Counted from the stretch's first letter, positions 1 through 11,899 are shown. The stretch: DNA of 51,048 nt from Octopus bimaculoides (GCF_001194135.2 NC_068984.1:139080248-139131295); one strand, 5' to 3'. Notes: generated by a model not told the origin, from the letters alone. A program made the numbers and translations.

Positions 1-145
1 TGTGTGTGTGTATGCATGCATTTGTGTATGTATATATATATGTATAAATGTATGCATATATGTATGAATATGTATATACATATATATATATATGTATACA
101 CACATGTATGTCAAAATGATATTTCTATATGCTAATATAAGTGAT

Positions 146-192
146 GACGCACGAAAACCTCGGTCCTTGAGTCGCTCTGTTGCTTCTGCTAT
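146..192. repeat. Short dispersed repeat (copy 1 of 2), probably an old SINE fragment
   Basis: gcacgaaaacctcggtccttgagtcgctctgttgcttctgcta aligns with gcacaaaactcttggctgttgagtcactctgtggcttctgcta at ~3818-3862. Confidence 0.4.
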
Positions 193-240
193 ATGTGTGT
201 GTGTGCATGTCTGTGTGTATGTCTGTGTGTGTGTGTGTGT

Positions 241-370
241 GTGAAGGCGCGTAGCCTAGTAGACAAGGTATTGTTCTCACGATCGTTAGATACGGAGGCA
301 CGTTTTTCTCTTGAGCAAAATATTTCGTTTTACGATACTGCAGTCCACGGAACTGTAAATGGGCGACATT
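241..370 (+). mobile_element. Degenerate SINE D (tRNA head + CORE-like segment)
   Basis: gtgaaggcgcgtagcctagt... head and tcttgagcaaaatatttc...ctgtaaatggg match the intact copy at 49803-50154 (minus). Confidence 0.5.
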
Positions 371-448
371 GCAAGGGACCTTGATCATCGTTGTGATGAG
401 CGGTGTATTACAACATCTAATAGTTTCGTCGATCACGTAATTTATACA

Positions 449-475
449 TACAAAGGGGTGCTGAAAAGTTCCTGG
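449..475 (+). mobile_element. Orphan mariner-like terminal inverted repeat (TIR)
   Basis: TA + CAAAGGGGTGCTGAAAAGTTCCTGG resembles Hsmar2-type TIRs (from recall); no partner end found. Confidence 0.45.
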
Positions 476-648
476 ACGACAATCAAACCATATGGGTTTC
501 AGTTCTGATATTAATCACGTTAGTCTCCCACGGTCGATTGAACACACAGGTTATCCGTATCTGATGGTGGAATATGACATAATATAAAACGCGCAGTAAT
601 AATAACAATTAGAATAAAGGAGTACCAATTCCTATATAAATATATATA

Positions 649-1132
649 GGCGCAGGAGTGGCTGTGTGGTAAGTAGCTTGTTTACCAACCACATGGTTCT
701 GGGTTCAGTCCCACCGCGTGGCACCTTGGATAAATGTCTTCCACTATAGCCTCGGGCCGACCAAAGCCTTGTGAGTGGATTTGGTAGACGGAAACTGAAA
801 GAAGCCTGTCGTATATATGTATATATATATATANNNNNNNNNNNNNNNNNNNNNNNNNNNNNNNNNNNNNNNNNNNNNNNNNNNNNNNNNNNNNNNNNNN
901 NNNNNNNNNNNNNNNNNNNNNNNNNNNNNNNNNNNNNNNNNNNNNNNNNNNNNNNNNNNNNNNNNNNNNNNNNNNNNNNNNNNNNNNNNNNAACATAGCG
1001 GTTCGGCAAAAGAGACCGATAGAATAAGTACTAGGCATCCAAGAATAAGTCCTGGGGTCGATTTGCTCGACTGAAGGCGGTGCTCCAGCATGGCTGCAGT
1101 CAAATGACTGAAACAAGTAAAAGAGTGAAAGA

Positions 1133-1136
<4 letters not shown>
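649..1136 (+). mobile_element. SINE A, full length, internal (TA)n with gap
   Basis: A-box TGGCTGTGTGG, B-box-like GGTTCAGTCCC, CCTTGG..AA.TGTCTT body, internal microsatellite, 3' module ending gactgaaacaagtaaaagag; about 13 related copies in the window. Confidence 0.9.
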
Positions 1137-1169
<33 letters not shown>

Positions 1170-1170
<1 letters not shown>

Positions 1171-2080
1171 GTATTGCACCGATTTTGTTGTGGCAAATGT
1201 TAGAAGTAACCTTTTCAAAAAGGACACAGGCCACAGTCTCGTCTTGTGCTTTCGTTCAATCATTCAAAATGTATTTTCTAACAGTAGATGATGCATGGCT
1301 TAGATATAAGGGGCATCATTTTTCAGCTGAGCTGCTAAAGCTGTATGTATATAATCACCTTGTTTTTGTCTGCGGTTACGTGAGAGACAATTCTGTCATT
1401 TGTAACCATTATCTAGGTTGTAGTCGGTGAACTACAAGCTAGATTATCTCCGAGTTTTCTACTAAACAGAACTCAGTTGAAGCACTCGGAAGCGCATTGC
1501 TGATTTTGAGCAGAGCACTTTGTAATTTTCGTGGGCACTTCAAAATTTCTCAGCCGGCAGTGTAATGTTTGTCTTGTTTTCATAACCATTCACTTCTGTT
1601 CAGCTGGTAATGTTCCCAACAAACGGTACTGATGTTCAAGGAGTTAAATTTTTTCATACTTGAAGTTGTTTTTGCTTACGCATTTTGTTAAGGATCCTCA
1701 TCTAAACATCATCTTATTGCCAAATAGGTGGGCTGTTTAATTTGAATCATGTCGATGCTAAAGCAAATATCTTTATTTCGCTTGTTCACGATTTGTTCTA
1801 TGCAGGTGATTGTTTTTCTTGTAACTCACACGAAACATTTAATAATTGTGAACTTCTTCTCCAGTGTTTCTGATGATTTCGAACTTACAATAAACGAGAA
1901 AAGGGTGAGGCGTGGTTTATACCTGCAACAAGAGAGATGTATGTGGAACAGGAATATACTTTTCCTGAGGGGTAGACTTCGTGTCATAGATTCTAAATTT
2001 CGTAATAGCTCGAGAGTTGGCTCCATTGATTCCGAAAATAATTTGAGGATTAAGAAGGCATTCCTTCTATGATACATAAC
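1170..2080 (-). pseudogene. Possible highly decayed RTE-type LINE 3' fragment
   Basis: Stop-riddled minus frame contains SMKKFNSLNISTVCWEHYQLNRSEW, which resembles the RTE ORF2 C-terminal W-x5-DR-x2-W motif; weak. Confidence 0.25.
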
Positions 2081-2280
2081 TCATTAATATCCCTGACACA
2101 TTTATCTAAAAAATTAAGACCGTCTTTGACTATATCTGGAAATATTCGAATGATTTCACCAAAACTGTCTAAGGCTTTACGAGTTCGTGGTTTCTATACT
2201 TAAGGTACATACACACACGCTCACATACACGTATACGCACATACGCGCGCACACACACACATACATACATACACTCATAT

Positions 2281-2337
<57 letters not shown>
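2281..2337 (+). repeat. (GA)n microsatellite
   Basis: Direct inspection. Confidence 0.97.
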
Positions 2338-2340
<3 letters not shown>

Positions 2341-2354
2341 TGAGAGATTGACTA

Positions 2355-2505
2355 GTAGTTTCAAGTTTTGGGACAAGGCCAGCGATTTCGGGGAGGAGGC
2401 AAGTCGATTAAATCGACAACAATGCTCGAGTGATACCTATTTTATCGACCCCAAAATGTGAAAGTCGGAAGACATATCGGTAAACATTTACCAGCGCGGT
2501 AACGA
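2355..2505 (-). mobile_element. SINE B, degenerate
   Basis: Reverse complement of the family B tail and ttttatcgacccc module. Confidence 0.75.
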
Positions 2506-3240
2506 TTATCTCTTAGAGAAAGAATATATATTAATAATTCAACTAAAGTCTCTAGTAAATGTATATGTATTTAGAGCCAATCGTCACACATGAACGAGTA
2601 TTGCTTGGTAACAGGTACGTATATCACCGTATCACTGTATCGACCGGATTATTGAATATAATTACACACAGCTGGCCACAATGCGCTTCCGAGCGTTTCT
2701 TCATTCCACCCTTCTTTTCTGTCTTGACTTGCCAAAAGGTACCTTGTCTAATTTCCATTTCGATTATTTCTATTACAAGACATTTTGTTTGTAACACACT
2801 ACAACCTTTCCAATAGAAGCAAATGGAACGTATATTTAAAAAAACCAAAAAAAAAAACAACCCAGGTATCTTTTACCAAGTGACCTGATGAGACACATCT
2901 TCAACTTTGATGTACCACAACCTTTCGGAAAGCATCTCACACGCGAGGCGCCGACGTATGGTGGGTTGATACGATCGTAGTGAATAATAAAGAATGGCGT
3001 GTATTCCATTTTATTTCTCACATATATTTTATAATGTCTACATACAAGAAGGAATTGCTGAAGTAAATCCAGGGGCGTATACCTTCATACTGTAGCTGTA
3101 TACTATGAACGGTATTTAAAGGGCATACTACAAGGTCTATACACGAATATATAATTATTATATTATAAATGACGGAAACAGATACTAAAATGTTCTTCAG
3201 GATAAAATAATTTTGACATTTTCTACCTTGTCTTATTTTC

Positions 3241-3294
<54 letters not shown>

Positions 3295-3558
3295 NNNNNN
3301 NNNNNNNNNNNNNNNNNNNNNNNNNNNNNNNNNNNNNNNNNNNNNNNNNNNNNNNNNNNNNNNNNNNNNNNNNNNNNNNNNNNNNNNNNNNNNNNNNNNN
3401 NNNNNNNNNNNNNNNNNNNNNNNNNNNNNNNNNNNNNNNNNNNNNNNNNNNNNNNNNNNNNNNNNNNNNNNNNNNNNNNNNNNNNNNNNNNNNNNNNNNN
3501 NNNNNNNNNNNNNNNNNNNNNNNNNNNNNNNNNNNNNNNNNNNNNNNNNNNNNNNNNN

Positions 3559-3608
<50 letters not shown>

Positions 3609-3624
3609 GATAGATAGATAGATC

Positions 3625-3678
<54 letters not shown>
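3559..3678 (+). repeat. Compound (TA)n-(GA)n-(GATA)n microsatellite
   Basis: Direct inspection. Confidence 0.97.
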
Positions 3679-3679
<1 letters not shown>

Positions 3680-4967
3680 TTAGCGATGCAAACTGGAAAA
3701 ATGTAATTCAAAACATGAGTATATATATATATATATATGTATACTATATTTATTTTTAGCAGAATCTTTCAAGAGTCGAGAGTTTCCTACGTTAGCACGA
3801 ATGAAACTCAAGTCAGCGCACAAAACTCTTGGCTGTTGAGTCACTCTGTGGCTTCTGCTAAATATTAATATGTGATTGTGTATGTGTGTGTGTATGTGTC
3901 TGCGTATGTGTGTATGCATGCATGTATTACTCAACGCTTCCTCAGCTAAAACAAATCCATCTACACTTGATACTAAACGGAAGTAACAAGGAAATATTAC
4001 CGAAAAAACACACCCTCTTTGTTAATAGACTAAATAAGTTTAGGTTGAACGATGTGGTTCCTGGTATGCAAGAATATTCTATTGTAAATAAAAGTTATGA
4101 TCATAACGGCAACACTTTGGTCATGGGTTCGATCTGTAGAACCGATCTCAGATTGACCTCAATTTAGACAAAAGATCAGATGTTGTATCATTTTCTTAGA
4201 TAAATATTGTTCCTAGTTCCGATTAAGAATAATTACATATTTCGAAAATATTTGATTAAAATAGTAAAGTATTATCACCAGTTTGTTTTAGTATGTTACA
4301 AGATTTTCTTAATTTTTGAAATTTTGGAATAAATTTTCACTTGAAGGTCATAAATTTGAGAACAAAAATAACGTCTCTGACAATTGTCTTTCACATAAAT
4401 CGCCATAGATGTAAATAAGGTTTTTTTTTTATCATTAACATTATATCAGAAAATTCATAAAGTAATATCTAATATATTTACTAAAATGTTTTCAGACAAA
4501 TAAATATGTGCATGAGCAAATAAATATGTACTGACACATAAACACACAAAAAATTTATTTTACTCATATAATATATTGTGATTTTAATTTTCTAACTTTC
4601 CACAAATTATTATCACTTATATATNNNNNNNNNNNNNNNNNNNNNNNNNNNNNNNNNNNNNNNNNNNNNNNNNNNNNNNNNNNNNNNNNNNNNNNNNNNN
4701 NNNNNNNNNNNNNNNNNNNNNNNNNNNNNNNNNNNNNNNNNNNNNNNNNACTCTGCGTTTCATTCTTTCTGTTTTTGTCGATATTTATAGCGTGGACCAT
4801 CATAATTCTTTCGCACGTTAAATGGAAAATTATTGCAAAAACTCAAATGAATTATTTTTCTTTTTAAAAAGTTTTAAATACAAATGTAGGTCAGGCACGG
4901 AGCAGCCGAAGTAACACCTCTAGTTAGAAAAAATGTACTTCATATATCAATATATCTACATTCCTAA

Positions 4968-5185
4968 GGTGGCGATTTGCCAGAATCGTTAGCATGCTGG
5001 GCAAAATGCTTAGCTGCATTTCATCCATCTCCACATTCCGAATTCAAATTCCATCAAGGTCTGCTTTGTCTTTGATCCTTTCGTGGTTGATAAAATAATT
5101 ACCAGTTGAGCACTGGAGTCGATCTATTCGACTTGTTCATTCTCCGAAATTGCTGGTTACATGCAATAAATAATTTGAAAGCAAT
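4968..5185 (+). mobile_element. SINE B
   Basis: ggtggcgatttgccagaatcgttagc head, ttcaaattcc B-box, cctttcgtggttgataaaata module. Confidence 0.85.
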
Positions 5186-5481
5186 ATATTCACATTCCTG
5201 AAAAATTCATGTTTACTCCAAACTCCAACGCGCATTAATTTCTTAGAAAATAGTATTGATGCCTTTTCAAATTAAGTAACTTTTTACGAATCAACGGGTT
5301 TATCTAGATAGTGCTGGCTCATCCAAGAATATGAACTGGCTTTGCAATCGGCTCTACATTAACGAAATGTGAAGTATATTTTCAATTAGATCACCAACCT
5401 ATGATTTTATTTTATTTGAGACAACCTTTCGGAATTAGGTTTTGTAAATTTAGTTATATATTAAGAGTGTCATAGTACCGG

Positions 5482-5588
5482 TTCTACGGATATGTGATTA
5501 GAATGCCATCGGTAAGAATCATAAGATAGATTCTTCAAGCCGAAGGGGACCTAGGATTAGACCAACAACAAGATGGTTGGATAATATC
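5482..5588 (+). pseudogene. RTE-clade LINE ORF2 C-terminal fragment
   Basis: Translates with a frameshift as FYGYVIRMPSVRIIR*ILQAE...RPTTRWLDNI, matching the RTE WxGHVxRM...RPxxRWxD motif. Confidence 0.6.
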
Positions 5589-5599
5589 TATAGTCTCTA

Positions 5600-5816
5600 A
5601 GACAGAGATCTGGCAGAATCGTTAGCATGCCGGGCGAAATGCTTAGCAGTATTTCGTCTGCTGTTACGTTCTGAGTTCAAATTCCGCCGAGGTTAACTTT
5701 GCCTTTCATCCTTTAGGAGTCGATAAATTAAGTACTAGTTGCGTACTGGGGTCGATCTAATCACTGGTCCCCTCCCTCAAAATTTCAGGCCTTGTGCCTA
5801 GAGCAGAAAGGAATAT
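5600..5816 (+). mobile_element. SINE B
   Basis: Near-consensus: tggcagaatcgttagcatgccgggcgaaatgcttagc...gagttcaaattccgccgagg...ggccttgtgcctagag. Confidence 0.9.
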
Positions 5817-6660
5817 TTATAGTCTCAGTTGGTTACGCTTTGACACACCCATTGTACATATAGTAATTTTGTGATTCTGAAGCTATTTTTGCCACACGGT
5901 TAAGCCTCAAGCAATATTTTACCTTTCTGTTTCTGACTATTGCTTTGTGCACGCCTGACGTTTTATTCTATTCTAAAACACGTTTTCGATACATACGCTG
6001 TGTGTCAACTAATACTTAACTATTATAAAACCATTTTTTAGCATACACATTTTTCTTCAAAACTACTTCGGTATTCTAAAAACTATTCTTCTCTCAAGTG
6101 TGGAGCACCCACAATCCTATACCTTATTTAGAAATGTTTCCGACACAGAGATTGCTCTCTCCATAGATTTACAGTTCCACAAAAAAAAAAAAAAAAAGTT
6201 GGTGCGTACGATGCACCGTCAAAACAACCCACTTAGAGAATATAAAATAAAATTCGATGACACACGAATTAATGTATACCTGCGTATTCTATAGGTTTTG
6301 TTGTTGGAAAATACGTTGAGGTTCAAACGAATATATTTGATATTCTGAATAGGTTCATACGCGTATTCAACAAGTTGAAATGATATATATATAACAGTCT
6401 CTTATGTTAACGGAAAATAATTTTTATTTGAAGCTGAAAATAGATATCTATACCATTCTTTTCTAGACATAATTCTTCTGAAGTTTTCCCAAATAAGAAT
6501 TCTTTTTTGTTTTTCTTTTTAATGTTCTTCTTATTAGGAAAATTGAGTTAACATATATTTTTTAAAGAATCATTTGCGTCTCATTACAACGTCCTCTTAT
6601 GAATTGGTTAGAGTAACAGAGAGCTGATATTAAACAGTTCTACTAATATTATAAATATAA

Positions 6661-6850
6661 CCCTTTCTATTATAGGCACAAGGCCTGAAGCTTAGGGGAG
6701 AGGGATAGTCAACTGCTACTTAACTTATCAACCCTCACAGGATGAAAAGCAAAGTCGACCTCGGCGAAATTTGAACTCAGAACATAAAGATCGATGACAT
6801 ACCGCTTAGCAGTTCGCCCGGCGCGCTAACATTTCTCTCCAGCTCGCCGT
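6661..6850 (-). mobile_element. SINE B (outer copy of minus pair)
   Basis: Reverse-complement match; flanked by atattataaatataa direct repeat (6646-6660 / 7011-7025). Confidence 0.88.
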
Positions 6851-6860
6851 CTTTGATATT

Positions 6861-7010
6861 CTTTTCTACTCCAGGTACAAGGCTCGAAATAATCGGGGAA
6901 GGGGTCAGTTGATTAGATCGACCCCTGTACACAACTGGTACTCAATTTATCGACCCCGAGAAGATGAAAGTCTAATTCGACCTCGGCAGAATTTGAACTC
7001 GCCGCCTTTG
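6861..7010 (-). mobile_element. SINE B (inner copy of minus pair)
   Basis: Reverse-complement match; ctttgatatt repeated at both junctions. Confidence 0.85.
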
Positions 7011-7032
7011 ATATTATAAATATAATGCCTGA

Positions 7033-7416
7033 GACAGTGAGCTGGCCTGGTGAAATACTTAGCTGTATTTCGTCGGTCTTTACGTTCTGAGTTCAAATTC
7101 AGCCGAGGTCGACTTTGCCTTTCATGCTTTCGGGGTCGATTAAATTAGTACCAGTTACGCACTGGCGTCGATATAATCGACTTAATCCGTTTGTCTGTCC
7201 TTGTTTGTCCTCTCTGTTTGTAGCCCCTTGTGAGCAGTAAAGAAATAAGAAACGTTAGAATGCTGGGCGAAATGCTTAGCGGCATTTTGTTCATCTTTAC
7301 GTTCAGAGTTCAAATTCAGCCGAGGTCGACTTTGCCTTTCATCCTTTTGGGGTCAATATAATCGACCAGCCCCCTTCCCTAAAATTTTTCAAGGCCTTGT
7401 GCCTTGAATAGAAGTA
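7033..7416 (+). mobile_element. Dimeric SINE B with 20-bp TSD
   Basis: Two tandem monomers; identical attataaatataatgcctga at 7013-7032 and 7417-7436. Confidence 0.9.
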
Positions 7417-7447
7417 ATTATAAATATAATGCCTGAACCATATTAGC

Positions 7448-7817
7448 GGCACTCTGTCGGTGACGACAACGAGGGTTCCATGTTATCCTATCAATTGAAC
7501 AGCCTGCTCGTGAAATTAATGTGTAAGTGGCTGAGCACTCCACAGACACGTGTACCCTTAGCGTAGTTCTCGGGAAGATTCAGCGTGATAGTGTGTGACA
7601 AGGCTAGCCCCTTTAAAATACAGGGGAACTGGAAGAATGAGTGAGAGAAAGTTGTGGTGGAAGAGTACAGCAGGGTTCGTCACCACTCCCTGCCGGAGCC
7701 TCGTTGTGCTGTAGATATTTTCGCTCAATAAACACTCACATCGCCCGGTCTGGGAATCAAAACAGCGATCCCACGACCGCGAGTCCGCTGCCCTAACCAC
7801 TCAGCCATTGCGCCTCC
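7448..7817 (-). mobile_element. SINE C, full length
   Basis: Reverse complement of the 17227-17608 copy; tRNA-like head at the right end. Confidence 0.9.
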
Positions 7818-8403
7818 ATGCTGAACCATGTAACACTCAGGTTAATACCAAAGGGGTGTGCACAAAAATAAAGTCAACTCAATATTATATATATAAAGCT
7901 ACACATGCACACACATATATGTACCTGTATGTATGCATAGAAACACACACACACATACATACACACACATACATACACACACACATGTATATATGTAACA
8001 TTATATATGCAAGTACCCACACACATACACACTCATACACAGATATTCACAGACACACCAATAAGAATAGTCCCGCTTTGGAAACCATATTTTTGTCTCT
8101 CAATTTTCCGCTATGCTAGTGATCAATTTCTAAGTTACGTACGTGTATTTGTTCCTGATTCTCTTCCTGTCTCCTTTGGGTCTTTCTTTCTCCTCTTCTC
8201 TGGACTTTTCTCTGCATATTCGACGAAGCATTATACTCAAAAACGTTATACTCTTAACTCTATAACCTCTTTTTTTCTTTTTCGAGCGTCAAACTCATAG
8301 TTTAACTGTGAACATCCACCAAATTTATGTTGCTTTTCTTACTTGAAATCATCATTTGTTATTCATTTGCCTCTTTCTCTCTCTCTCTCTCTCTTTCTCT
8401 GTA

Positions 8404-8446
<43 letters not shown>

Positions 8447-8544
8447 CTCTATCTATATCTCTCTCATTCTCACTTGCCCTCTTTCTCTTCCTCTCCTCCC
8501 TTTCTCTCTCTCGCTCTCTCTCTCTACACACACATATATATTTC

Positions 8545-8766
8545 TTTATTCTTTTATTCTTTTACTTGTTTTAGTCATTTGACTGCGGCGATGCTGGAGC
8601 ACCGCCCCTTAGCCGAAGAAATCCTCAGGAATTCTTCTTTGTCAGCCTGGTACTTATTCAATTGGGCTCTTTTGCCGAACCGTTAAGTTACGGGGAACGG
8701 GGATGTAAAGACACCAACATCAGTTGTCAAGCAATGGTTGGAGGGGGCACAAACACAGACACAATG

Positions 8767-8810
<44 letters not shown>

Positions 8811-8975
8811 GTATATACATATACATATACGATAAGCTTCTTTCAGTTTCTATCTACCAAGTCAACTGACAATGCTTTAATCGGCCCGAGACCATAGTAG
8901 ACGACACTTGCCCAAGGTGCCACGCAGTAGGATTGAACCCGGAACCACGTGGTTGGGAAGGAAGCTTCTTACCCC
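8545..8975 (-). mobile_element. SINE A, full length, internal (CA)n(TA)n
   Basis: Reverse-complement match to both family A modules. Confidence 0.88.
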
Positions 8976-9724
8976 CCCACCACACACACACACTGATACA
9001 CACTCATACACATACACATATGAGAAAATCAATATTTCGTTGGAGAAATTCGGTTAGTATTTGATAATTATCTGAAGGAAGCATGCTTTGACTCTATGAC
9101 TGCTGAAAAAAAGCAGAATGTACCAACCAAATAACAGACTTCTCAGTCTATTTCCCCGACAAGGAAGAAAATATTTTGCCTCTCTCCTTGTGATGCAGAA
9201 TTTGTCGGGGACTGTAACAATTCCAGTTGCAGAAATTTTAAGGATTGCAACATACCCGTTGACACTTTACGCGCACCACGATGTCCTACGACGAGTGACG
9301 AAATAGACATCGACAGTAATCTAAATCTCCACCCCGCCTCCCCGCCATTCACAGCAAAACATTATCTTTCCCATCAATACCAACTAGTAATGGTGAAAGC
9401 ATGCAACACATACTTCCTGTCAAGCGATCCATGGCTATGTTGTTAAGATTAACATCGTGTGCTTTTAGTTCTGTATAACATAAAAAACAACATTATGAAA
9501 GATTATGAAATTATCTTTGTCCATCAAGTGACGTTATTTTGAAACTCACTTTCGTCATTCAAAGGGACACACGTTTTATTTATTTATTTCTCCGAGTATG
9601 AACATTTTTTGTCACACAATTTTTACAAAAAACAAAAAAAATGTATACGTTTGTATAGCAAACTGCGCATGCTCCACATGGAAACTAATCTCCAAGAACA
9701 AAAAAGGCGTAAATATTGAATTAA

Positions 9725-9938
9725 CGGCACTCTGTCGTGTCGATTACGACAGCGAGGGTTCTATTTTATTCTATCAACGGGACAGCCTGCTCGTTGAATT
9801 AATGTGTAAGTGGCTGAGTGCTCCAGAGACACGTGTACCCTTAACGTAGTTCTTGGGGAGATTCAGCGTGACACAGAGTGTGACAAGGCTGGCCCTTTGA
9901 AATTCAGGTACAAGAAGAACTGGAAGAAAGAGTGAGAG
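9725..9938 (-). mobile_element. SINE C, 3' half
   Basis: ggcactctgtc...gacacgtgtacccttaacgtag...gacaaggctggccctttgaaat. Confidence 0.85.
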
Positions 9939-11162
9939 ACCAACATATATCTGATATATCCGGCGTATGTAATAGAGGCAGAGAGAACTAGTTGCATTTG
10001 AGCATTTGGGAGCCTTTTCTCTTTGGACGATGCTGGGACGAATTCCCTTCTCTCTTTCTCTGACATTCATTGTGTTTGTAACACAGTAACTCCATAAGAG
10101 ATGTTTTCTCAATACAAATGTAGTAAATGGCTTATCGACACTATGTGTACATTAACTATGATACATAAATGATATATGCAAAGTGGAAACATGAAAGAGC
10201 CTGGAAGTCACTAACAATGACTGATCGATGACAGTGAGTCAAAGTCAAGCAATGTAAATGAAGCCGACACATATATATATATACGTAAGTTCAACTAGAA
10301 AAAGTAAGAGAAAAACCGTGATATAAATGAGAATCTGTCATTAACTAAATTTCAAACAGTTGCGTTAGAACTGTAACAGTGTCAGGGTTTTGTCATATGA
10401 CGAAAATTATGATACTTCAAAAAATAAACAGAAAGAAGAGAATTTAACTGTTTTTATGTGTTTTTGCATGGTTAAAATGGATCTTCTATTGTCAAAGATT
10501 CATTCAACATAGCAAGAATACGAATAAAGCATTCGATTTTGACATGATATCTGAAAACGAATATTATTTAAGTGGTTAACAATACGTACATTTCCCGATA
10601 CCAAATGCTTTTCTCGAACAAATAATCTTTCTTAGACAATTACTCATTATGGAGTTATATTAGCTGTATTAGACAAAACCATCTCTAAATGGACAATTCA
10701 GCAGCTATTCTGCTTCCTACACACATTCCCCGACGTTCTTTTCTCTGTTAGTCTCAGAAGTGGTTATTCAGTTTTTACTTGCCTTCAGTTGACCTTTAAC
10801 CCTTGCTTTACAGGGTGTTCACAGCGTATGATGAAGAGCAAGAATTTATATCAGTTTACGCAGACCACATTTACAACTATGTGTATACAACTATATGATA
10901 TTTATAAATGAGCAAAGACAAATTGCAAACCAAATTATCATACAACCTACAGTAAATTAAAAGAGCAACAGAAATATGTCCTACGCCCCTTCGGCGGATA
11001 TCACCGCCGACAAAAATAGTTCTTTATTTCGCTAGAAACATGGTCGTCTGTTGATTTACAGCTTGTGCTAGATGACCAGTATCTTGTTACCAGCAAACTT
11101 AATTAGCTAACATCCCAAACTTCAACATCAATGAAAGACCAATATGCGAAAGAAATTTAAAC

Positions 11163-11313
11163 TGTCTGTGTGGTAAGTAGCTTGCTTAGAAACCACATGG
11201 TTCAGGGTCAGTCTCAATGCGTGACAATTTGAGCAAGTGTTTTCTACTATAGCTTTGGACCGACCAAAGCCTTGTGAGTGAATTTGGTAGACGGAAACTG
11301 AAAGAAGCACGTC

Positions 11314-11349
<36 letters not shown>

Positions 11350-11665
11350 NNNNNNNNNNNNNNNNNNNNNNNNNNNNNNNNNNNNNNNNNNNNNNNNNNN
11401 NNNNTGTGTGTGTGTGTGTGTGTGTATGTATATGTAGGTATGTATGTGTGTGTATATGTTTGTGTGTCTGTGTTTGTCCCCCAACATCGCTTGACAACCA
11501 ATGCCGGTGCATTTACATCCCCGTAACCTAGCGGTTCGTCAAAAGAGATGAAATAGAATAAGTACTAGGCCTACAAAGAATAATCCTGGAGTCGATTAGC
11601 TGAACAAAAGCGCCGTGCTCTAGTATGGCCACACTTAAATGGCTGAAACAAGTAAAAAATAAAAC
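11163..11665 (+). mobile_element. SINE A, full length, internal (TA)n-gap-(TG)n
   Basis: Both modules present. Confidence 0.88.
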
Positions 11666-11683
11666 GTATATGTGTAAGTAAAT

Positions 11684-11899
11684 GCGGTGAGCTGGTAGAA
11701 TCGTGAGCAAACCGGGTGAAATGCTAAACGGCATTTCGCCTGTCGCTACGTTCAAATTCCGCCGAAGTCGACTTTGGCTTTTCATCCTTTCGGGGATCAA
11801 TAAAATAAGCACCAGTTGAGTACAGGAGTTGATGTAATCGACTATCCCCCTCCTCCAAATATCAGGCCTTGTGCCTAAAGTAGAACAAAAAAAATATTT
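11684..11899 (+). mobile_element. SINE B
   Basis: gcggtgagctggtagaatcg head through ggccttgtgcctaaagtag tail. Confidence 0.87.

Noticed and set aside
2885-2936. CTGATGA...GAAA hammerhead candidate
   Set aside because: The segment between the motifs cannot close stem II next to GAAA, and there is no NUH or stem I partner.
4898-4924. Helitron 3' end (CGG-N5-CCG ... CTAG|T)
   Set aside because: The stem is only 3 bp and there is no 5' end or second copy.
7847-7875. Further mariner/Tc1-like TIR starts (also 10809-10820 TACAGGGTGTTC and ~36447-36465 CAGGGTGAGTCAAAAGTC)
   Set aside because: Short matches with no partner TIR and no transposase remnant.
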